The position numbers and the translations under genes were made by a program. From the NCBI GenBank assembly GCA_026692665.1, contig JAPLOF010000028.1:4708-68707 (forward strand): DNA of 64,000 nt, read 5' to 3'. Position 1 is the first letter of the stretch. The number at the start of each line of letters is the position of its first letter. Positions 21,338-31,233 of this stretch are shown piece by piece. Source of the stretch: Planctomycetota bacterium. GTDB lineage: Bacteria; Planctomycetota; UBA1135; GCA-002686595. The notes below the pieces were generated by a model. It was given only the letters and a program-made list of their open reading frames with translations, made no database searches and was not told the DNA's origin.

Positions 21338-23329
21338 TCACCACCGCAGCGAAGCCCGATCGCTCACCGCTTCCCAGGCGCTGCCCTCGCCGCGCGAACC
21401 CGGATTCAGGAGCCGCGCGGTCGCGCTGGACCAACGGCGGCCCTCCGGGTGCGTCGGGATCCGCACCCGGCACAGTTCGATCTCGCGGCTCCCGCTGCCG
21501 TACAGGAGCAGCCCGACGCGGGCTCGCGCCCGGCACGCGGGGTCGAGCTCGCCGTTCGGGCGGACCGTGAAGGCCCGTTCGTCCTCGTCGATCAGGCGCA
21601 ACTCGAGTTCGGCGAGCTGGGGCATGCGCGTCTGGCGCAGTCCCACGCGGACGGTACCCGCGTCGAGGCGCACGTCGAGCCTCGGACGCTGATCGAGGCG
21701 GATGTTGCGCAGCAGGAGGAACGGCTCCCGCCCGATCGAGCCGCCCTCCGGCATGAAGTCCTCGACGGGGACCGTGATCAGCTCGTACCCGGCGAGCGAG
21801 CTCTCGATGGCCGCGATCCGGTCGGGATCCTGCGCCCGATCGTCCAGTCCTTCGCCCCACGCGCGCGCCAGCTCCGCGGGCGTCGGGGGCCTGGCCCGCG
21901 CCGCCGCGTACGGCACGACGAAGTCGTCGTCGCGCCGGAGGGCGGCGACCACGTCCGTCCGCACGCGCCGGGACCAGGGATTCGGTCGGCTCGTGGCGTC
22001 GGCGGCATCGGTGCGGCCCAGGACGTCGTGCACCGCGAGCCGCGACAGGTATCCGATCGAACCCGGCCACGGCGTCAGCACGGTGGCCGTCGGCTCGGCG
22101 TTCTCGCGCAGGAAGATGCCGGCCTTGCGCAGGCGGCGCCCGACCTCGATCTCCTCCTGGAGTCCGAGGCGTCCGAGGGGCTGTTCGCAGTCGAAACGCG
22201 CGGAGGCCGACGGGCGCAACCAGGCCTCGTGCAGTCCCTGGAGGGGAAGGGGGCCGAGGTCCGCGGGCGTGCGGCTCCCGAGCGCGGAACCGATCAACGC
22301 CAGCCCGAACACGACGAGCGTGACCCTTCGACGCAGCCTCGACACGCCGTCGAGGGCCGCGATCATGCCCTCCTGCACGGCGAGGCACAGGAACGGCAGC
22401 GCGGGCACGAAAGCGACGTGGAACGGCAACGGGCTGCGCCCCGAGACCGCCATCAGTCCGCACCACGCGAGGGCCAGGAAGACGGCGTGCGCGCCGGTCC
22501 GCGAGAGCGAACCCAGGACGAGCCAGGCCGCCGGGAACACGAGCAGCAGCGGCGTCACCCCGACGATGGCGAACTCGCGCACGCTCTGGAGGCCGTCGCG
22601 CAGCTGGCCCGGCGCCGGGTGGATCCAGGCGTGGAGTTCCGGCGAGAGCACGAAGCCCGTCGCGATGTTGCGCAGGATGGCCGTCCCCGCGAACACGCCG
22701 ATCGGGGCCGCGAAAGCGATCCAGCCGACGCGACGCGCCGATCCCTCGTCGTCGTTCGGTCGGCCGAACGCGCGGATCGCCGCCATGGCGAGGACGAAGA
22801 GGATGCCGAGCGGGTGCGCGAGCACCGCGAGGGACGCCAGGGCCCCGAACCATGTCGGTCGGCCGCGTTCGAGCGCGAAGAACGCGGCCAGTGCAGCGAG
22901 ACCGAACGTGCTGAGCTCGAGCCCGCTCGCGGCCCCCGCCGCGAAGGCTCCGCTCGTCGCCAGGAAGAGCGGCGCGATCAGCGACGCCGTGCGGTCGGCG
23001 CGGAAGCGCGAGAGCAGGACGATGCTCGCCAGCGCGGCCGCGATCCCGATCGACTGGACCTGGATGTTGGTGGAGAGGTGCAGCGTCGGTCCGACGCGCT
23101 CGGCGAGGGCGCACACGGCGACCCACACGAGCGATGGATAGCTCTCGAACGCCGCCGTGCCCGGATTCCAGGCGAGCTGATCGTCGTAGACCAGGTTGCG
23201 CGCGAGCCGCATGGCCGCGTAGGCCTGGTCGTAGGGGAACGCGAAGCGCCCGAAACCGTCGTCGTGGATCGCGAGCGCGTGCGCGAGGAGCATCGCGAGC
23301 GCCACGAACAGGGCGATGACGCGGTTCAT
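21338..23329 (-). CDS. polytopic membrane protein, putative GT-C fold glycosyltransferase (arabinofuranosyl/mannosyl-transferase-like)
   Basis: 663 aa. The N-terminal multi-TM region has a DD motif in the first loop (AIHDDGFGRFAFPYDQAYAAMRLARNLV), followed by a soluble C-terminal ~270 aa. Confidence 0.45.
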   Translation of the reverse strand: MNRVIALFVALAMLLAHALAIHDDGFGRFAFPYDQAYAAMRLARNLVYDDQLAWNPGTAAFESYPSLVWVAVCALAERVGPTLHLSTNIQVQSIGIAAALASIVLLSRFRADRTASLIAPLFLATSGAFAAGAASGLELSTFGLAALAAFFALERGRPTWFGALASLAVLAHPLGILFVLAMAAIRAFGRPNDDEGSARRVGWIAFAAPIGVFAGTAILRNIATGFVLSPELHAWIHPAPGQLRDGLQSVREFAIVGVTPLLLVFPAAWLVLGSLSRTGAHAVFLALAWCGLMAVSGRSPLPFHVAFVPALPFLCLAVQEGMIAALDGVSRLRRRVTLVVFGLALIGSALGSRTPADLGPLPLQGLHEAWLRPSASARFDCEQPLGRLGLQEEIEVGRRLRKAGIFLRENAEPTATVLTPWPGSIGYLSRLAVHDVLGRTDAADATSRPNPWSRRVRTDVVAALRRDDDFVVPYAAARARPPTPAELARAWGEGLDDRAQDPDRIAAIESSLAGYELITVPVEDFMPEGGSIGREPFLLLRNIRLDQRPRLDVRLDAGTVRVGLRQTRMPQLAELELRLIDEDERAFTVRPNGELDPACRARARVGLLLYGSGSREIELCRVRIPTHPEGRRWSSATARLLNPGSRGEGSAWEAVSDRASLRW

Positions 23330-23372
23330 GCGGCTTCCGCCTCGCCGCGGTACCGAAAGGCAGTCCGCGTGC

Positions 23373-24434
23373 TCATCGCGCGACCGCCGTCGGTACGACT
23401 CCGAGCTCGATGCGCGAGCGGGGCGTCACCTCGAACTCGCGCGCGTACGTCGCGCTGCCGGCCCGTGCCTGCAGCGCGTAGTGTCCCGGCGGCAGCCCGC
23501 GGAACTCGAACTCGCCGCGTGCGTCCGTCGCCACCGGAGGCCACGGACGATCGGGTCTGCCGGTCGGCGTGATCAGGACGAACGCGCCTTCCAGGCTCCG
23601 GCCTTCCGTATCGACGAGGCTGCCCGTCGCGCTCCCGGCGAGGAGCTCGATCGAGAGCGGCGCCGATCCGTCGGCCCGATGGACGAACGTGAGCGCGTCG
23701 CCGGGCGTGGGGGGCGCGGCGTTGTCCGTGGCCTGCGCGGTGTTCACGGGCCGCGCGATGTCCGGCCACGATCCGCCGCGCGCCCAACCGGGGATCACGG
23801 CGACGCGGTACTCGCCCGCGACGAGTTCCTCGAACTCGAACCGGCCGCTGGCGTCCGCGCGCGCTCGGCGCGGCAGCGGCGCGTCGAGGGTCTCCGGAGG
23901 CGAGGTCGGCGTGAGCACGACTTCGGCGCCATCGAGCTCCTGGTCCGCGGACCCGATGAGCGTCCCGACGAGCCGCGCGCGCTCCAGCGCGGGCACCACG
24001 GGACCCGTGCGGCGCGCATCCGGGAGGCGCACTTCCTGAGCCACGCCGGTGTCGCGCAGGACGAGAGCGTGCGGCCGATGGTCCTCGGCCAGCACGCGCA
24101 CGTCCCACGGCCCGCGCTGCAGGCCGTCGAGCCGGAACGTCCCGTCGGCCTTCGTGTTGGTCCAGCGCGGTTCGTCGCCCGAGAAGAGCCACACGAGAGC
24201 ATTCGCCTGCGCGACGCCTTCCGCATCGACGACTCGGCCCTCGAGCAGGCGCACGCGCGCCGGCAGGGGGATCTCCGCCAGGTCCGCCTGCGCCGGGGGC
24301 GTCAGTTGGATCGGGATCGTGCGCGGGGGACGCGGCTCGTGGAACAGGATCGCGGCACCGAACACCAGCAAGGCGAGGAGGGGCACGACGATCGCCCAGT
24401 GCAGGAAGTCAGGTCGCGTCGATCCCGAGCTCAT
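23373..24434 (-). CDS. membrane-anchored protein with carboxypeptidase-regulatory-like (CarboxypepD_reg) domains
   Basis: ATG 24434 (MSSGSTRPDFLHWAIVVPLLALLVFGAAILF, a TM anchor). Three repeats of the G-x-V-x-D..G...A.V......T...G.F.F..L..G.Y type are present (e.g. ADASGRFEFEELVAGEYRV, TDARGEFEFRGLPPGHYAL). Confidence 0.7.
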   Translation of the reverse strand: MSSGSTRPDFLHWAIVVPLLALLVFGAAILFHEPRPPRTIPIQLTPPAQADLAEIPLPARVRLLEGRVVDAEGVAQANALVWLFSGDEPRWTNTKADGTFRLDGLQRGPWDVRVLAEDHRPHALVLRDTGVAQEVRLPDARRTGPVVPALERARLVGTLIGSADQELDGAEVVLTPTSPPETLDAPLPRRARADASGRFEFEELVAGEYRVAVIPGWARGGSWPDIARPVNTAQATDNAAPPTPGDALTFVHRADGSAPLSIELLAGSATGSLVDTEGRSLEGAFVLITPTGRPDRPWPPVATDARGEFEFRGLPPGHYALQARAGSATYAREFEVTPRSRIELGVVPTAVAR

Positions 24435-24445
24435 CGGCGGGCAGG

Positions 24446-25015
24446 CTACTCCCGCGCCGACGCGCGGCCCAGGGCGGCGAGGATCTCGTCGCGCAGGTCG
24501 GCGAGCGCCGGGAACTCGGCGCAATCGAGGCCGGCGACGGTTTCGCGGAACTCGGACAGCCCGCGGTGGCCGGCGCGGTGGTACGCCACGAGCCTGAGGC
24601 CGAGCTGCAGCCGGTCGCAGCACTTCACGAACCGCGCCTCGCGCGTCCCGCCGGCCTTGACCTCGTCCCACAGGCGCAGCGCGTGGTCGGAGAGGGGCCC
24701 GAGGAGCTCGCCGGCGGCACGATCCTCCGCCGCGGCCTTGGCTCCGGCCGGCAGGAGTCGCGCGGCGGTCCGGGGCAGGTCGCCGATCAGCGCCTCGGGG
24801 ACGTCATGGATCAGCGCCAAGGCGACGGCGCGCTCCACGTCGAGGCGCGGCTCGACCCGGGAGCCGAGAGAGAGGACCAGGAAGCACGTCGAGAGCACGT
24901 GGTCTCCGATGGACTCCGGGTCGCGGATCCCGCGCAGCACCCAGCCCGTCCGCGGCAGGTCGTGGAGCGGCTCCAGGGCGAGCAGCGCGTCGAGGAGGGG
25001 GTGTCCGGAGGGCAT
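24446..25015 (-). CDS. HD-domain phosphohydrolase (YfbR-like 5'-deoxynucleotidase family)
   Basis: H..HD..D motif (IGDHVLSTC..., LIHDVPEALIGD). 189 aa from ATG 25015, which has AGGA about 12 nt upstream. An alternative ATG lies at 25054. Confidence 0.75.
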   Translation of the reverse strand: MPSGHPLLDALLALEPLHDLPRTGWVLRGIRDPESIGDHVLSTCFLVLSLGSRVEPRLDVERAVALALIHDVPEALIGDLPRTAARLLPAGAKAAAEDRAAGELLGPLSDHALRLWDEVKAGGTREARFVKCCDRLQLGLRLVAYHRAGHRGLSEFRETVAGLDCAEFPALADLRDEILAALGRASARE

Positions 25016-25187
25016 GGTCGGCGGATCCTGCCAACGCGGCGCGGAGGAAGCCATGCGCAGGGTCCGCGGCCCCCGCTCCCCGGGCCTCGATCCGCCGCTC
25101 CCGAAGGTCTCGCGTTGACGGTCCGCGCCGAGCGATCCATACTCCCCGATTCGCCCTGGGCCCTCGAATCCCCGGGCGACCCCCTCC

Positions 25188-26225
25188 ATGCTCCTGCGCC
25201 TGCGCAAGGCCCTGCCGCCCGAACAACTCCAGGCCGTCCTGGAGCTCGCGCGTGAGCTCGGCTACGCGCCCCACTTCCTCGAGAGCGGCAAGGAGCTGCT
25301 GCGCCTCGAGGGCGTCGGTCGGCCCGAGCACCGCTCGCGCTTCGAGGACCTCGTCGGTGTCGCGGCGATCCTGGACGCGGGGTCCGCGACCGAGCTGCAC
25401 GAGCGCGCGGGCCGGCCCGACACCGTGGTGACGGCCGGCGAGGCCCGATTCGGCGGCGGATCGGTGTCCCTGATCGCGGGACCGTGCGCGGTCGAGAGCT
25501 GGCCGCGGCTCCTCGAGATCGCGCGCGAGGTGCAGAAGCACGGCGCGACCCTCCTGCGCGGCGGCGCGTGGAAGCCGCGCACGTCGCCGTACTCGTTCCA
25601 GGGCATGAAGGGCGACGGGCTCGAGCTCCTGCGGCGCGTGCGCGCGGAGACGGGCATCGGCATCGTCACCGAGGTGCTCGATCCGCGCGACGTCGAGGCG
25701 GTGGGCGCGGTCGCCGACATGTTCCAGATCGGCGCCCGTTCGATGCAGAACTCGGCGCTCCTGATCGAGGTCGGCCGCTACGGGAAGCCGGTCCTGCTCA
25801 AGCGCTCGTTCTCCGCCACCGTGCGCGAGCTGCTCATGGCGGCCGAGTTCGTGCTGGCTCAGGGCAACCGGCAGGTGATCCTGTGCGAGCGCGGCGTCCG
25901 CGGTTTCGATCCGACGACGCGCAACATCCTCGACGTCGGCGCCGTCGCGCACTTGAAGCGCGCGACGCACCTGCCGGTCATCGTCGATCCGAGCCACGCG
26001 GCCGGACGCAGCGATCTCGTGCGCCCGCTCGCTCGCGCCGGCATCGCCGCCGGCGCCGACGGATTGATCGTCGAGGTCCACCCGGATCCGAGCGAAGTCC
26101 ACTCCGACGGGTCGCAGGCCGTCCTGCCGCACACCTTCGGCGAGATCGCCGCGGACACGCGCGTGATCGCCGCGCTGGACCGCCGGCGCGTCGTCGAGCC
26201 GTCCCTCGCTCCCGCCGAACGATGA
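25188..26225 (+). CDS. aroF: 3-deoxy-7-phosphoheptulonate (DAHP) synthase, type I-beta with N-terminal regulatory extension
   Basis: Core motifs are LIAGPCAVES, KPRTSPYSFQG and VDPSHAAGR. A ~90-aa N-terminal domain precedes the TIM barrel. The stop overlaps the tpiA start (ATGA). Confidence 0.9.
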   Translation: MLLRLRKALPPEQLQAVLELARELGYAPHFLESGKELLRLEGVGRPEHRSRFEDLVGVAAILDAGSATELHERAGRPDTVVTAGEARFGGGSVSLIAGPCAVESWPRLLEIAREVQKHGATLLRGGAWKPRTSPYSFQGMKGDGLELLRRVRAETGIGIVTEVLDPRDVEAVGAVADMFQIGARSMQNSALLIEVGRYGKPVLLKRSFSATVRELLMAAEFVLAQGNRQVILCERGVRGFDPTTRNILDVGAVAHLKRATHLPVIVDPSHAAGRSDLVRPLARAGIAAGADGLIVEVHPDPSEVHSDGSQAVLPHTFGEIAADTRVIAALDRRRVVEPSLAPAER

Positions 26226-26983
26226 GCGCGCGCAAACCGTTCGTCGCCGGGAACTGGAAGATGAACCTGGAGCGCAAGACGGCGCTCGGGCTGGCCCTCT
26301 CCGTGCGGGACTCGGTGGGGCGGCGCGACGACATCGACGTCGCGGTCTTCCCGCCCTACGTCTACCTGGACGAGATCTCGCGCGCGCTGGCCGGTTCGCT
26401 GGTGAAATCGGGCGGGCAGAACTGCTGCGACGAGACCTCGGGAGCGTTCACCGGCGAGATCTCGCCGGCGATGCTCGTGGACGTCGGCGCGACGTACGTC
26501 CTGATCGGGCACTCCGAGCGCCGCCACGTCTACGGCGAGGGCGACGAACTCGTCGGGCGCAAGGTGAAGCTGGCCCTGGAGCACGGCCTCTCGCCGATCC
26601 TGTGCGTCGGCGAGACGCTCGAGCAGCGCCAGGCGAAGCGCACCGAACAGGTCGTGGGGGAGCAGATCGCCCGTGGCCTCGCCGGCGTGGACGGCCGGGC
26701 GCTGCAGGCGCGGGTGACCGTCGCCTACGAGCCCGTCTGGGCCATCGGGACCGGCCTGAACGCGACCCCGGCCCAGGCCGGCGAGGTCCACGCCTACCTG
26801 CGCGGCGTCCTGGCGGGCCTCTACAACGAGGCCGCGGCCGAACGGGCGCGCATCCTGTACGGCGGGAGCGTCAAACCGGACAATGTGCGCGCCCTGATGG
26901 CGGTGCCGGGCGTCGACGGCGTGCTCGTCGGCGGTGCCTCCCTGAAACCCGAATCGTTCCTGCCGCTGCTCGACTACCGCTGA
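26222..26983 (+). CDS. tpiA: triose-phosphate isomerase
   Basis: ATG 26222. Motifs are AGNWKMN, IGHSERR, AYEPVWAIGTG and GGASL. Confidence 0.95.
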   Translation: MSARKPFVAGNWKMNLERKTALGLALSVRDSVGRRDDIDVAVFPPYVYLDEISRALAGSLVKSGGQNCCDETSGAFTGEISPAMLVDVGATYVLIGHSERRHVYGEGDELVGRKVKLALEHGLSPILCVGETLEQRQAKRTEQVVGEQIARGLAGVDGRALQARVTVAYEPVWAIGTGLNATPAQAGEVHAYLRGVLAGLYNEAAAERARILYGGSVKPDNVRALMAVPGVDGVLVGGASLKPESFLPLLDYR

Positions 26984-27005
26984 GCCCAGCCGAGACCCGT
27001 CTTCC

Positions 27006-27344
27006 ATGAACCTCGACCTCGTCGTCACCCTCCTCTACATCCTGTTCATCGTCTCGGCGATCGTCCTGTGCATCGTCGTCCTGCTCCAGGAAGGGCGCGG
27101 CGGCGGCTTGACGGATGCGCTCGGATCGGCCGGCCAGCAGACGTTCGGCGTCGCGGCCTCGGGCATCCACAAGTTCACCGGCTGGACCGGAGCGGTGTTC
27201 ATCGTCAGCGCGCTCCTGATCCACGTGGTCAACCGCAAGTCGGCCGAGTCGTCCGTCGTGCCCGACTTCGACACGACGAAGCCGGCCGTCGAGGCGCCGG
27301 CCGTGCCCGGCCCGGGTGGCACGACGCCCGAGGCCCCGAAGTAG
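27006..27344 (+). CDS. secG: preprotein translocase subunit SecG
   Basis: 112 aa with two TM helices and the LLQxGxGGG motif (VVLLQEGRGGGL). Classic tpiA-secG synteny. Confidence 0.85.
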   Translation: MNLDLVVTLLYILFIVSAIVLCIVVLLQEGRGGGLTDALGSAGQQTFGVAASGIHKFTGWTGAVFIVSALLIHVVNRKSAESSVVPDFDTTKPAVEAPAVPGPGGTTPEAPK

Positions 27345-27396
27345 CTCGAACCACGGGCCCAGCTTTCCATCGATCCACTCCCAGAGAGGGCCGACG

Positions 27397-27999
27397 ATGA
27401 CCGCCGTCATGGACCGCGATCGGATCCTGAGTCTCTTCCGCGAGACCGGGGCGATGCTCGAGGGGCACTTCATCCTCTCGTCGGGCAAGCACAGCGACCG
27501 CTACTTCCAGTGCGCGTTGCTGCTCGAGCACCCGCAGAAGGCCGAACAGCTGGCGCAAGAGATGGCGCGCCGTGTCCGCGCCGTGCACGCTCAGCCCTAC
27601 GATATCGTGATCGGGCCCGCGATGGGCGCCGTCACGTGGGCCTACGAGGTGGCGCGCGCGATGGGTACGCGCGCGCAGTTCACCGAGCGCAAGGGCGAGG
27701 AGATGGAGCTGCGCCGCGGGTTCCAGGTGAAGCCGACGGACCGGATCCTGGTCGTCGAAGACGTCATGACGACCGGCGGGTCCGCGCGCGAGGTCAACGA
27801 GCTGCTCCAGAAGCTGGGCGTCCGCCCGCAGGCGATGGGCTGCATCGTGAACCGCTCGGGGGGCAATCCGTTCGAGAAGGACGGCCTGCCGCTCTTCGCG
27901 CTGGCCGACGTGAACGCGGTCGCGTGGGATCCCGCCGATTGCCCGTTGTGCAAGTCGGGCTCGAAGGCCGTGAAGCCCGGCAGCCGGCCGGGAGCCTGA
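27397..27999 (+). CDS. pyrE: orotate phosphoribosyltransferase
   Basis: ATG 27397 preceded by GAGAGGG. It has the PRPP-binding motif ILVVEDVMTTGGS and an N-terminal GHFILSSGKHSDRYF. Confidence 0.9.
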   Translation: MTAVMDRDRILSLFRETGAMLEGHFILSSGKHSDRYFQCALLLEHPQKAEQLAQEMARRVRAVHAQPYDIVIGPAMGAVTWAYEVARAMGTRAQFTERKGEEMELRRGFQVKPTDRILVVEDVMTTGGSAREVNELLQKLGVRPQAMGCIVNRSGGNPFEKDGLPLFALADVNAVAWDPADCPLCKSGSKAVKPGSRPGA

Positions 28000-28004
28000 T
28001 CCGC

Positions 28005-28892
28005 ATGCTGCGCTCGATGACGGGCTTCGGTGCCGCGGCCGCGACGGCCGGAGGCGCGGAGGCGCGGGTCGAGATCCGGTCGGTGAACCACAGGCATCTG
28101 CAGGTGAAATCGCGGCTGCCGCAGTCGCTGGCGCACATGGAATCGCAGCTGGAAGCGCTGGTTCGCACCAAGCTGTCGCGCGGCTCCGTCACCATCAGCG
28201 TGGACGTCGAGCGGCCGCGCGGGACCGCGGCGCGCATCGACGCGAAGGCGCTGCGCGCGTGGTGCGAGGAGATCGCGCGCGCCTCGAAGGCCGCCGGCCT
28301 CGAGGCCGAGTACGGGCTCGACACCCTGCTGGGCCTGCCCGGCGTCCTGGCGAGCAACGCGGACGACGACCGCTCGGAGGCCGACGAGGCGCTCGTGCTC
28401 GGCGCGCTGACGGGCGCGCTCGAAGGACTCGACTCGATGCGGATGCGCGAGGGCAAGGCGCTCGCCGCCGACCTGCGCAAGAACGGCAAGACGATCCACG
28501 GGATCGTGAAGAAGCTCGAGAAGCGGATGCCGGTCGTCGTGAAGGAGCAGCACGCGGCGCTGAAGAAGCGCCTGGCCGAACTGCTCGACGGGACGGCCAA
28601 GGGCGGTCGCGCACCGAGCGACCAGGACCTCGCACGCGAAGTCGCGCTGCTCGCCGACCGCATGGACGTGTCCGAGGAGTTGACGCGCCTCGCGAGCCAC
28701 CTGGCTCAGCTCGAGGCGCTCGTCACGGGCGCCGCGCCGGCGGGACGACCGCTCGACTTCCTCGTGCAGGAGTTCTTCCGCGAGGCCAACACGATCGGCT
28801 CGAAGTGCAACGACGCCGAGGCGTCGCACCTCGTCGTCGAGCTCAAGACGCTCGTCGAGCGTCTGCGCGAGCAAGTCCAGAACGTGGAGTGA
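28005..28892 (+). CDS. yicC: YicC/YloC family endoribonuclease
   Basis: ATG 28005 (MLRSMTGFG..). It has a YicC-like N-domain and a DUF1732 C-terminus (FREANTIGSKCND). It sits upstream of gmk, as in many bacteria. Confidence 0.88.
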   Translation: MLRSMTGFGAAAATAGGAEARVEIRSVNHRHLQVKSRLPQSLAHMESQLEALVRTKLSRGSVTISVDVERPRGTAARIDAKALRAWCEEIARASKAAGLEAEYGLDTLLGLPGVLASNADDDRSEADEALVLGALTGALEGLDSMRMREGKALAADLRKNGKTIHGIVKKLEKRMPVVVKEQHAALKKRLAELLDGTAKGGRAPSDQDLAREVALLADRMDVSEELTRLASHLAQLEALVTGAAPAGRPLDFLVQEFFREANTIGSKCNDAEASHLVVELKTLVERLREQVQNVE

Positions 28893-28896
28893 AGCC

Positions 28897-29478
28897 ATGG
28901 CGGATCCGACCGGCCGCATGCTCGTGATCTCGGGCCCCTCGGGCGCGGGCAAGAGCACGATCTGCAGGAAGCTGCTCGAGGACCCGCGCGTGGAGTTCAG
29001 CGTGTCGGCGACGACGCGCAAGCCGCGGCCGGGCGAGGTCGACGGGCGCGACTACAAGTTCATCCAGCGCGAAGATTTCCGGCGCATGATCGCCGAGGGA
29101 GCGTTCCTCGAGCACGCCGAGGTCTACGGCAACCTCTACGGCACGCTGCGCGCGCCGGTGCGCGACGCGCTGGCGCAGGGCAAGGTCTACCTGCTCGAGA
29201 TCGACGTGCAGGGCGCGAACCAGTTGCGCCAGCTCGGCGAGCCGGGCCTGTACGTGTTCATCGCGCCGCCCGACTTCGAGGAGCTGCGCAAGCGTCTGGT
29301 CGGACGTGGGACCGAGGCGCCGGAGGTGCTCGAGCGCCGTCTGCACAAGGCCGAAGACGAGTGGCGCGAGCGCGTGAACTACAACCACATCGTGGTGAAC
29401 GACGACCTCTCGCGCGCGGTGTCCGAGGTGCGCCGGCTGGTCGGGCTCGACGCCGCCGCTCCGGCGCGGGGGCGCTGA
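28897..29478 (+). CDS. gmk: guanylate kinase
   Basis: P-loop GPSGAGKST, plus SATTRKPRPGEVDGRDYKF and the lid region. Confidence 0.95.
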   Translation: MADPTGRMLVISGPSGAGKSTICRKLLEDPRVEFSVSATTRKPRPGEVDGRDYKFIQREDFRRMIAEGAFLEHAEVYGNLYGTLRAPVRDALAQGKVYLLEIDVQGANQLRQLGEPGLYVFIAPPDFEELRKRLVGRGTEAPEVLERRLHKAEDEWRERVNYNHIVVNDDLSRAVSEVRRLVGLDAAAPARGR

Positions 29479-29498
29479 GCCGCGGTTCGCCGCGACCG

Positions 29499-30590
29499 CT
29501 AGCGCAGGGTCCAGTCCACGACGTGCTTCGGGTGCGGGCCTGTCGCGACGAAGAGGTGTGTCTCATCGTTTGCGACGAACCACGTGCAGGCCGCGGCACC
29601 GTCGGGCCCGACTCCCGCGGAGCGGGCCATGTCCTCCAGGCGCGTCGGCCAGACCCCGAACTCACCGTGGTGCGCGACCGCGGCGAGCGCGATCCGAGCG
29701 TGCGCCATGCGCAGGCCGCTCGTGCGCTCGACGTCGCTCGTCATCGCGGTGGCGAGGAGGCCCGGGAACAGGATGTCGGGGACCGAGGACGCGCCCGCGT
29801 CCAACTCGTCGAGCCGCTGCAGCGCGCGTTGGCCGATCTGCCAGAACTCGAGCCGCTCCGAGAGCGTGTTCGCGCGGTGCCCGGCGACCAGCCACTCGAC
29901 GGCCTCCCCGCGCAGGCTCGCCGCGAACCGGCGCGGGTCCACGGCCCGCTCGAGCCGTGGAGCGAGGAGCGCGCGGAGCGGATCGAGATCCACCGTTCCC
30001 GTGGCCAGCATGCGCCCGAGGGCGTCGAGCACGATCCCGTCGACGGCCGCGACGATCATGGCGTCCAACGCGGAGGGCCCGAACTCGACGTGGGACAGGT
30101 CGAGCGCCTGCGCGAGCCGGCGGGCGGCCTCGGCGCCGTCTCCGTCGCGGGCGTCGATCAGCGCGCGGGCGCACAGCAGGTTCGTTCGCGATCTCGTCCA
30201 CATCAGCGAGGTTCGCTTCTCGAGCCGCGCGCCGCTCTCGAGCACGCGCCCGAACGCCGGATCCGCGACGAGCTCGTCGACTTCCGCGTAGAAGTTCGCG
30301 TACCAGGCGACCTCGGCGCGCAGGCTGTAGTCGGATCCGGGTCCCCACTTGCCCGGGACTCCTGGGTTCTCGTCCGAGGCGTCGCAAGACTCGAGGAGCG
30401 CGTCCACTCGCGCCAGCGCTGCTCCGACGCGGCGCGAGTCCTCCGTCACCGGCCGCGCGGCGTCCAGCGCGCGCGTCTCTCGCTCGACGACGTCCTCGAT
30501 CCGCGCCTCGTGACTCCAGGCGTAGAGGCCGAGTCCTCCGACGCCGGCTGCGACGAGCGCGACGATCACGAGCGCGGGGGAAGTCCTCAT
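29499..30590 (-). CDS. hypothetical membrane-anchored protein
   Basis: ATG 30590 (MRTSPALVIVALVAAGVGGLGLYAW is a signal anchor), 363 aa, mostly helical-looking. No family recognised. Confidence 0.5.
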   Translation of the reverse strand: MRTSPALVIVALVAAGVGGLGLYAWSHEARIEDVVERETRALDAARPVTEDSRRVGAALARVDALLESCDASDENPGVPGKWGPGSDYSLRAEVAWYANFYAEVDELVADPAFGRVLESGARLEKRTSLMWTRSRTNLLCARALIDARDGDGAEAARRLAQALDLSHVEFGPSALDAMIVAAVDGIVLDALGRMLATGTVDLDPLRALLAPRLERAVDPRRFAASLRGEAVEWLVAGHRANTLSERLEFWQIGQRALQRLDELDAGASSVPDILFPGLLATAMTSDVERTSGLRMAHARIALAAVAHHGEFGVWPTRLEDMARSAGVGPDGAAACTWFVANDETHLFVATGPHPKHVVDWTLR

Positions 30591-30684
30591 GCCCGGCCTA
30601 TCGGCCGTTCTCCGAGGTCCCCTCGAATCGACGGATCTCCGCGCGGGCTGGACCCCGTCCCGGGGCCCCGGCGATGATGTCCGC

Positions 30685-31227
30685 ATGGCACACGTCCTCC
30701 TCGGCGCGAGCGCGTCCGTCGCGGTCTACAAGGCTTGCGACCTGGCCAGCAAGTTGACTCAGCGCGCGCATGTGGTGCGTGTCATCCTCACGGCCCGCGC
30801 AGCGGAACTCGTCAACCCGCAGCTCTTCGAGGCGGTCACCGGCCAGCCGGCGCACGTCGACGAGTTCGGCGCCGCGCGTCACGCGGCGATGGACCACATC
30901 GAGCTCGCGCGCTGGGGCGACGTCCTCGTGATCGCGCCGGCCAGCGCGGACCTCGTGGGGCGGCTCGCCAACGGGATCGCGAACGATCTGCTCACGACGG
31001 TCTCCCTGGCGCTGGCGCAGAACAAGCCGCGGCTGATCGCGCCCGCCATGAACCCGGTCATGCTGCTGGCGCCCGCCGTGCAGCGCAATCTGCGTCAGCT
31101 TCGCGAGGACGGTTGGCGCGTCCTCGAGCCCGACGAAGGGACGATGGCCTGCGGGGATGTCGGTCCCGGCCGCCTCCCCGAGCCGGTCCGCATCGCGGAC
31201 GTGCTCGAGTCCATGCTCGTGCGCTGA
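30685..31227 (+). CDS. coaC: phosphopantothenoylcysteine decarboxylase (stand-alone flavoprotein CoaC)
   Basis: ATG 30685 (MAHVLLGASASVAVYKACDLASKL..), 180 aa. It has the PAMN motif (IAPAMNPVM) and CGDVGPGRL. It stops before any CoaB domain. Confidence 0.88.
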   Translation: MAHVLLGASASVAVYKACDLASKLTQRAHVVRVILTARAAELVNPQLFEAVTGQPAHVDEFGAARHAAMDHIELARWGDVLVIAPASADLVGRLANGIANDLLTTVSLALAQNKPRLIAPAMNPVMLLAPAVQRNLRQLREDGWRVLEPDEGTMACGDVGPGRLPEPVRIADVLESMLVR

Positions 31228-31233
31228 ATCCTC

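Noticed and set aside
24804-26132. 442-aa minus-strand ORF
   Set aside because: It is antisense to aroF and the HD gene region with no motifs. aroF is strongly supported on the plus strand.
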